DNA of 64,000 nucleotides from Pseudomonadota bacterium (GTDB lineage Bacteria; Myxococcota; JACRCW01; JAFGSX01): NCBI GenBank assembly GCA_043821645.1, contig JBDRCO010000113.1, positions 64,001 to 128,000 of the forward strand, read 5' to 3'. Shown piece by piece: positions 57,810 to 64,000 of this stretch (position 1 is its first letter; each line of letters starts with the position of its first letter). The notes under the pieces were generated by a model. It saw only the letters and a program-made list of their open reading frames with translations, ran no database searches and was not told where the DNA came from. The position numbers and the translations under genes were made by a program.

Positions 57810-59923
57810 AGATCACCCCCCACGTGCTTCTGTCTGGTCTGCTCGTCGCCAGTGGAACGTGCACCTGCGATGCACCAACCCCCGCGGATCCCTGCCTGGA
57901 GGGAGACCGCGAAGCCTGTCCCTGCGTCGAGGGCTTTCGTCTGCATGCTTCCGGCACGGGCTGCGTGCCCATCCTGCCCGCGGACGACTGCGCACCGGGC
58001 TCTCGGGCGGCCATCGGGTCGCTCGACTGTGTGCCCACGGGCGTGACGGGCTGTGCTGCGGGCTTTGCCAGGGATCCCTCTGGCTGGGGCTGCCGCGCCG
58101 TCCTGCCAGAGGCGCCCTGCACGGAAGGCATCGAGATCCTGGGCCAGGTCACCTGTCAGACCCTCGGCGACTGCAACGCCCCCTTCCCTCCCCCCGAGGC
58201 GACCTTCTTTGTCGACGACAGCTTCACCGTCGCCGAGCTCGACAGCACCCACGTGGACACCATCTCCCGGGCCATCACCCTGGCGCCCCAGGATGCCGTC
58301 ATTGCCGTCGAGGCCGGCACCTACGACGAATGGCTCAGCCTGCAGCGACCTGTTCGCATCGTGGGACGCTGCGCCTCCCAGGTTGTGGTACGCAGCGCAA
58401 GCCAGGGCCCCCCCGGCCTGCAGGCCGTGAACCTCGACGGTATCAGCGTGCAGGGGCTGACCCTCGAGGGTCACGAGGCCGGCATGGTGATCTCGGGGAG
58501 CACCCTGCTGGCACGGGAGCTGATCGTGCGCGGCAACCGCTCGGGCGGCGTGGTCGCCATCGACGGCTCCTCGGTGACCCTGGAAAACACCCGGGTCGTC
58601 GGGACCCTCCCGCGCGCCGATGGTGCGCTCGGGAACGGCCTGTACGTGCGCGGCGGTTCCACGCTCGACGCCACCGCGTGCAGCTTCGTGAGCAACACGG
58701 TCAACGGCGTCGCCGTCCTGGACGATGGCACGCGCGTGACGCTACGGCGATCCATCGTCCTGGAAACGCTGCCCGACGGCACGGACCGCTTTGGCAAAGG
58801 CGCAGTCGCGGGGTTCGGGGGAACTCTCGAGATCATCGACAGCGCGATCGTGCGCAACCTGTCGGCGGGCGTGTCGGTGATCGAGGGTGGACACGCCCGT
58901 ATCCAGGGCAGCGTCATCGACGACACGCGGGCGGATCGGCGCGGCCCCTTCGGCTACGGCATCGAGGTGGATCTGGGCTCGGATCTCGAGGTCGACCACA
59001 GCAGCATCACCCGCAGCGCCGAGTGGGCGGTGACGGGTTTCGACGCGGAGACGCGCCTGGTGCTCCGCGACTCCGTGCTGCACGGACCCGAAGCCGGCCA
59101 GGATGGGATAGGCGCCGGGATCTATGTACGCTCGGGGGCCCAGCTCGAAGTCGAGCGCTGCGCGATCCTGGATAGTTTCACCGCCGGCCTGCGGGTCGAG
59201 TATCCGGGCACGGTGGCCACGGTGCGCGCCAGCTTGATCCAGGGAACGCGATTCTCCCAGGACAGCGCGGCGGGGGCCGGGTCGGGGCTGATCGTGGCCT
59301 ACGGGGCCGAGGCCAGGGTCGAGGACAGCATCTTGCGCGACAACCAGACCGTGGGTGTGATCGCCGGCGCTGACGACGACCCGGGTGCCGCAGTGAGCCT
59401 CCTTGCCCTGCGCGCGACCCTGATCGCGGATACCCGGGCCGACCCCACCGGGCACTGGGGGATTGGTCTCGAGGTCAGCGGCGCTGCCCGGGCCGAGGCC
59501 GTGCGCTGCAGCGTGTCGGAGAATCTGGCCTCCGCGGTGGTCGTCGGGGGCACCCAGGCCAGGCTCGATCTCGTCGACAGCAGCGTGCTCGAGACGAAGC
59601 TCTCGGACGATGGCCCCGGGCACGCCGTCGTGTGCGCCGATCAAGGCACGCTGAGGGTCGTGGGCGCGCACCTGCTCGACAACCAGGGCGTGGGTCTGGC
59701 CTTCGGGCGTGCCGCAGGGTCCGTCGATTCCACAGTGGTGGCCCGCAACCAGGTGGGCATTCACGTCCAGGGTGGCACGGTGCTGCGAGACGTCGATCAA
59801 ACGGCGACGGAGATGGTCGCCGGTGAGGTCCAGGTCAGCGCAAGCTCGCGCTTCGTCGACAACGCGGCCCGGCTCGGTTCGGGAGAGATCCCCCTACCCG
59901 GTCTGGTCCCTCTCGCCCCTTGA
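57806..59923 (+). CDS. Exported right-handed parallel beta-helix protein with Cys-rich N-terminus
   Basis: TISRAI..IAVEAGTYDE, repeated NxxxGVxV turns; ATGA overlap with the kinase stop. Confidence 0.8.
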   Translation: MKITPHVLLSGLLVASGTCTCDAPTPADPCLEGDREACPCVEGFRLHASGTGCVPILPADDCAPGSRAAIGSLDCVPTGVTGCAAGFARDPSGWGCRAVLPEAPCTEGIEILGQVTCQTLGDCNAPFPPPEATFFVDDSFTVAELDSTHVDTISRAITLAPQDAVIAVEAGTYDEWLSLQRPVRIVGRCASQVVVRSASQGPPGLQAVNLDGISVQGLTLEGHEAGMVISGSTLLARELIVRGNRSGGVVAIDGSSVTLENTRVVGTLPRADGALGNGLYVRGGSTLDATACSFVSNTVNGVAVLDDGTRVTLRRSIVLETLPDGTDRFGKGAVAGFGGTLEIIDSAIVRNLSAGVSVIEGGHARIQGSVIDDTRADRRGPFGYGIEVDLGSDLEVDHSSITRSAEWAVTGFDAETRLVLRDSVLHGPEAGQDGIGAGIYVRSGAQLEVERCAILDSFTAGLRVEYPGTVATVRASLIQGTRFSQDSAAGAGSGLIVAYGAEARVEDSILRDNQTVGVIAGADDDPGAAVSLLALRATLIADTRADPTGHWGIGLEVSGAARAEAVRCSVSENLASAVVVGGTQARLDLVDSSVLETKLSDDGPGHAVVCADQGTLRVVGAHLLDNQGVGLAFGRAAGSVDSTVVARNQVGIHVQGGTVLRDVDQTATEMVAGEVQVSASSRFVDNAARLGSGEIPLPGLVPLAP

Positions 59924-59947
59924 GGTCGCCGCCGCGGCGAGGAGTGT

Positions 59948-60976
59948 TCAGGCAGCTGTCCTGCCGCCCTTGAAAACAGGGTGGCGCTCCCGGGCCAGAT
60001 TCACGATGCGCTCCAGCATGGCCCCGTAGGGAAAACCGCTGTGTTCGGCAGCTCCGGCGGTGCTGGTCTCGGCACTGATGTCGTGGTTGGGATTGACGTC
60101 GAGCACGTAGAAGATGCCGTCGCGCAGGCGGATGTCGATGCGCCCGTAGTCGCGACAGCCAACGGTCCGGTATGCGCCGATGGCCTGGCGCTGCAAGGCC
60201 TCGCGCTCGGCGTCGCTGAGGGGGGCGGGCAGCAGCAGCTCGATCTCCTGGTAGTGCCGCGACTCGGGGTCGAACTTGGAGTCGTAGGTACACAGGCGGT
60301 CGCGGGGGTCTCCGAAGGCGGAAAAGTCCATCTCGGCAGGCGGTAACATCTCGATGGTACCGTTGCCCCACAGCGACACGTGAAACTCCCGGCCATCGAT
60401 GAAGTCCTCGACCAGGGCAGGCTGCTTGAAGGTCTCGATCACCCAGGCGGCACGTCGTTCAAGTTCCTGCGTGGTCATCACCACGGCCTCTCGGCTCAGC
60501 CCCAGGCTGCAATGCTCGTGGGCCGGCTTGACGATGGCGGGGAACAGTCCCCAGTCCCGCACGTCGGGAGTGTGCAGCAGCAGTCCGTCCGGCGTGTTGA
60601 GCCCGGCTGCTCGCAGCAGGCGCTTGACCATGTCCTTGTCCCAGGACAGGAACAGGGACGAACTGCTGGCGCCGGTGTAGGTGAAGCCGAGCTGATCGAG
60701 GATGGCCGTGACGTGGGTCTCGCTGTTCGGCACGCCTGGCAGCTCCTCACAGGCATTGAACACCAGCACGCTGGCCGGGTCATAAGGTCGCAGCGCCGCG
60801 CGCAGATTGGCCGAACGAACAGGCTGGTTGAAGACCACGTGCCCCAGGCCACGCAGCGCACTCATCATCTGCTCGACCTCATCGAGCGCGCTGGCAAGTT
60901 CGGCGCTGGTCCACGCGTCGTCGAGGTTGTGCAGCAGGAGCACCTGCAGGGATCCATTCTGCCGACGACGTGCCAT
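59948..60976 (-). CDS. ATP-grasp ligase, D-Ala-D-Ala ligase family
   Basis: VFNACE, YTGAS, PAIVKPAHEHCSLG, LVEDFIDGREF, GRIDIRL, LDVNPN. Confidence 0.85.
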   Translation of the reverse strand: MARRRQNGSLQVLLLHNLDDAWTSAELASALDEVEQMMSALRGLGHVVFNQPVRSANLRAALRPYDPASVLVFNACEELPGVPNSETHVTAILDQLGFTYTGASSSSLFLSWDKDMVKRLLRAAGLNTPDGLLLHTPDVRDWGLFPAIVKPAHEHCSLGLSREAVVMTTQELERRAAWVIETFKQPALVEDFIDGREFHVSLWGNGTIEMLPPAEMDFSAFGDPRDRLCTYDSKFDPESRHYQEIELLLPAPLSDAEREALQRQAIGAYRTVGCRDYGRIDIRLRDGIFYVLDVNPNHDISAETSTAGAAEHSGFPYGAMLERIVNLARERHPVFKGGRTAA

Positions 60977-61071
60977 GGTCTTTTTGTCGCACTGGATGGG
61001 TGTGGGATGCCAGAAAAAAGTCGGCGATTCTGGATGGTTTCTTGCGCTCCCGGGCCGCCTCAAGCCCGTGA

Positions 61072-62298
61072 TCATAGCCGTGGGTCGGAGGCAGGCCTCC
61101 GTCGGTACGATGCCCGCGCGCGCCACCCCAGCACTGCCACCAGCCACAGCCCCCACCCGAGCGGCGAGCTTTGGGGTTGACGACAGGCACAACCGCCATC
61201 GCTGACATCGGGTGGCATCGGCGGCGGCAGGGCGGCGCCCCCAGGCGAGTGGCGATCCAGCGCGATCGCGTCGGGACGGGGTCCCGAGTCACGCCCGGGG
61301 TCGACGCTGCGGTCCACGCCCTGGGCATCGCTGCCCGTCAGACCTGCGTCGATGGTGGTCGAGCCGCCCGCGGGTGTGGGCAGGCCTCCACCCCCGGTGC
61401 AGGACGATCGCAGGTGCGCGGTGCACGCCTGGCGCATGGCCTGATCGATCCAGGCGCGGTAGGGCGAGATCATGGTATCCACTCCGCCCTTGGCGCAGTC
61501 CGTGTCGTCGTAGGCGTGACTGGTCACACCCACCAGGCGACGGCTGGGTGTCCGGCCATCGCTCATGGTAATGAAGGTCGGCCCGCCCGAGTCCCCATGG
61601 CACTTCTGGGGATCGCCAGGAGGTTGATCCCCGATCTGCATCTCGCTGGTGCCCACCTCGTTGATGAAGGAACGGGCCTGGTATTTGATCCCCACGAGGG
61701 TCGTGTCACTGCTGTCGCGCTGGCCGTAACCCACGATGTCGACCTGGGCGCCGACCACGACACCACCCAGGTCGGCTTCGTCGAGCACCACGGCCGGAAT
61801 GCGGGACGAGGTCCGCTCGAGAAACAGCAGGGCAATGTCGAAGAGATCCACCAGCCCGCCCGGGAAGCTGTTCAGGTTGTTGATGTCCCAGCTCGGATGT
61901 GCGGCCATGGCGCGCACGGGGATGGCATCGGCTGGCAGGTTGAGGTCCTGGACTCCAAAGCCACTGACGTCGAGCTCGAAGGAAATGCTGTTGCGAATAT
62001 TGCTACCGGCCCCGCCGAAGACCAGCGCATCGATCTCGGTGCAGTGGGCCGCGGTGAGCACGACATCCGGCGCGATGAGCGTCCCCGTGCAGACCATGCT
62101 GCCCACGGGATAGCCCATGATCTCGCCCGTGGTGAGCTGCACCGCCACAGCCGGGAAGGCACTGGCCGGGCTCGGCGATCCGCCGATGATGGACTGCTCG
62201 AGTTCCGACGCTGCCCGCCCGTCCGTCTCGGGCAGAGGTCCACAACCACTCCACAGCAGGGGCACCAGGATCCAGGACCAGCGCCCCCCACTCCTCAC
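61072..62298 (-). CDS. Trypsin-like (S1) serine protease with MYXO-CTERM-like tail
   Basis: IIGG, CTGTLIAPDVVLTAAHC, DIALL, CHGDSGGP; GGCAC, hydrophobic stretch and RR tail; GTG start overlapping the upstream TGA. Confidence 0.9.
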   Translation of the reverse strand: MRSGGRWSWILVPLLWSGCGPLPETDGRAASELEQSIIGGSPSPASAFPAVAVQLTTGEIMGYPVGSMVCTGTLIAPDVVLTAAHCTEIDALVFGGAGSNIRNSISFELDVSGFGVQDLNLPADAIPVRAMAAHPSWDINNLNSFPGGLVDLFDIALLFLERTSSRIPAVVLDEADLGGVVVGAQVDIVGYGQRDSSDTTLVGIKYQARSFINEVGTSEMQIGDQPPGDPQKCHGDSGGPTFITMSDGRTPSRRLVGVTSHAYDDTDCAKGGVDTMISPYRAWIDQAMRQACTAHLRSSCTGGGGLPTPAGGSTTIDAGLTGSDAQGVDRSVDPGRDSGPRPDAIALDRHSPGGAALPPPMPPDVSDGGCACRQPQSSPLGWGLWLVAVLGWRARASYRRRPASDPRL

Positions 62299-63443
62299 GG
62301 GCGGCCCCACCGGCGCCACACCAGCGCCAGCAGCGTCAGCCCCCACAGCGCAGAGATCCCGGCGGAAGGTGGCGTGGTGGCATGGCAGGGGCAGCCCTCG
62401 ATGAAGTGCTGGCCTGAGGTTCCGGCATCGTCGTCGTCTCCGCCGCCGCTGCCCGCATCTGGCCGTACGACGTCGTAGCGCGACGGCAGAAGGATGCCGG
62501 GCTCGTCGCACCAGGCCCGGGTCCCGTCCTGACAGGCCGCGCGCATGCGCTCGTCTATCCATCCCAGCCAGGTATCGACCCGGGTGTCCACGCCGCCCTT
62601 CTGACAGTCGCTGTCGTCGTATGCGTGCGAGGTGATGCCGACGAGGCGTCGCTTGACGTCGTGCGAGGTCGACACCTCCATGTAGGTTGGTCCGCCCGAG
62701 TCGCCATGGCACTTGCGCGAGCTGCTCGAGTCCCCACCGATCTGCATCTCCGCGATGCCAACCTCGTTGATGAAGCTGGTGGCACAACGCTTGGCACCGA
62801 CGGTTCCGGGGGGGGGTGTTTCCCATCCACTGGTCACTGTTTGCTGTCCCCAGCCGGCGATCTCGACACTCGTGTTCTGCGCGATCTGGCTGGCCTCGTT
62901 CGCGGTGATCAGGACCTCGGGGCGAATACCCGGGACCGCCTCGGCCAGGAACATGATGCCCACATCCTTGAACTCACCAGGTCCCGTCACGTTGTTCATC
63001 GAGTCGATATCGAACTCGGGATGGGGCAGCCAGAGCACGGCATCGATGTGATCGTCGGGCCACGGGGTTGTCCCCTGCTGATCCTCTGCAAGGGCCGTCA
63101 GGTCGGGTTCGAAGGTCATCCCGAACTGCTCTGAAAGCACCGTCCCCATGCCCATGGTCAGCAGGTCGGTCTGGAAGCAGTGCGCCGCCGCCAGCACGGT
63201 GTCCGGTGCGATCAGCGTACCGGTGCACATGGGCTGCCGGATGCGCGACCGCGTCCCAAAAAACTCGATCTCGGCGTCGATCAGGATGGCCACCGCCGTC
63301 TCCATCCTGTCGCGGCCACAGACCTCGCCGTTGATGATGTCGTGCTCCTGTCCACTGACGGGCTGCACCCCAAGATCCAGGTCGGCCGGGCCGCAGGCCA
63401 GGCCAGGGATCATCAGCAATGCGAAAAAAAACACAGGTCTCAT
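62295..63443 (-). CDS. Trypsin-like (S1) serine protease with MYXO-CTERM-like tail
   Basis: LAC, IING, CTGTLIAPDTVLAAAHC, DVGIM, CHGDSGGP; GCPC..LLALVWRR. Confidence 0.9.
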   Translation of the reverse strand: MRPVFFFALLMIPGLACGPADLDLGVQPVSGQEHDIINGEVCGRDRMETAVAILIDAEIEFFGTRSRIRQPMCTGTLIAPDTVLAAAHCFQTDLLTMGMGTVLSEQFGMTFEPDLTALAEDQQGTTPWPDDHIDAVLWLPHPEFDIDSMNNVTGPGEFKDVGIMFLAEAVPGIRPEVLITANEASQIAQNTSVEIAGWGQQTVTSGWETPPPGTVGAKRCATSFINEVGIAEMQIGGDSSSSRKCHGDSGGPTYMEVSTSHDVKRRLVGITSHAYDDSDCQKGGVDTRVDTWLGWIDERMRAACQDGTRAWCDEPGILLPSRYDVVRPDAGSGGGDDDDAGTSGQHFIEGCPCHATTPPSAGISALWGLTLLALVWRRWGRP

Positions 63444-63635
63444 GCCGTTCGTTCTCCCGGGGCCGCCGACGACAGGGGCAGCTGTCGGGTACTTTAGCGC
63501 ACCGGCAACCTGGCTGTCCCCCGACAGAGGCGCCGTCGCCAGAAAAATCCGGCACAGCAGGGCCACGCCGCGCTTGCTGTCGAGCGCCAAAGTGTCATGA
63601 TCCGCCGCCACGAACCTGTGCCTGGAGGCTGCACC

Positions 63636-64000
63636 ATGGATCTCAGTACGAACTACATGGGTCTCACCCTCGCCAACCCGGTCGTGCCATCGGCCTCGCC
63701 CCTGTCCCGAACGCTCGAGGGCGTCCAGCGCATGGCAGAGGCCGGAGCCGGCGCCATCGTCCTGCACTCGCTGTTCGAGGAGCAGCTCAACCGGGACGCC
63801 GACGAACTGAACCACTACCTCGAGCGTGGCACCGAGAGCTTCGCCGAGGCCCTGAGCTACTTCCCGGCGATGGACAACTTCAATGTTGGTCCCGACGACT
63901 ATCTGGAGCGGATCCGCAAGGCCAAGCAGAGCACAAGCATCCCCATCATCGGCAGCCTCAACGGTGTCTCGGCGGGGGGATGGACCAGCTATGCGGCCAA
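63636..64000 (+). CDS. Dihydroorotate dehydrogenase-like flavoprotein (runs off the window end)
   Basis: [56 protein letters not shown]. Confidence 0.85.
   Translation, partial: MDLSTNYMGLTLANPVVPSASPLSRTLEGVQRMAEAGAGAIVLHSLFEEQLNRDADELNHYLERGTESFAEALSYFPAMDNFNVGPDDYLERIRKAKQSTSIPIIGSLNGVSAGGWTSYAA

Noticed and set aside
62299-62826. Upstream extension of the 584-aa protease ORF
   Set aside because: It overlaps the neighbouring protease in another frame; GTG 62298 gives a coupled start with a signal peptide

Overview
High-GC bacterial chromosomal DNA, most likely from a Myxococcota (deltaproteobacterial) organism. Lineage evidence: many lipoproteins with acidic DAG-type linkers, MYXO-CTERM-tailed proteases, an FHA-CpaF fusion, a DUF4388 response regulator, a Ser/Thr kinase and a TSP3/VWA CglD-like protein. 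The window holds about 45 CDS and one tRNA-Val(CAC). I found no CRISPR array, integrase, transposase or reverse transcriptase. Start codons were chosen by eye and family calls come from motif recognition, not database searches. Most notable: (1) two neighbouring signal-peptide-less proteins (4897+, 8331-) share a ~115-aa N-terminal domain fused to unrelated C-terminal domains, a candidate modular export or effector system; (2) an intact receiver domain is fused in frame to an SLC13/DASS transporter, between a sensor kinase and a stand-alone receiver; (3) an orphan MutH occurs in an apparently non-gammaproteobacterial genome; (4) an FHA-CpaF/TadA protein has lost its Walker A motif; (5) a GH16 lipoprotein carries four copies of a Cys/Trp/Tyr repeat I do not recognise; (6) a giant lipoprotein is made of 13 PPC-like domains with no catalytic domain; (7) an AT-rich single-gene islet sits at about 19.1-21.1 kb.
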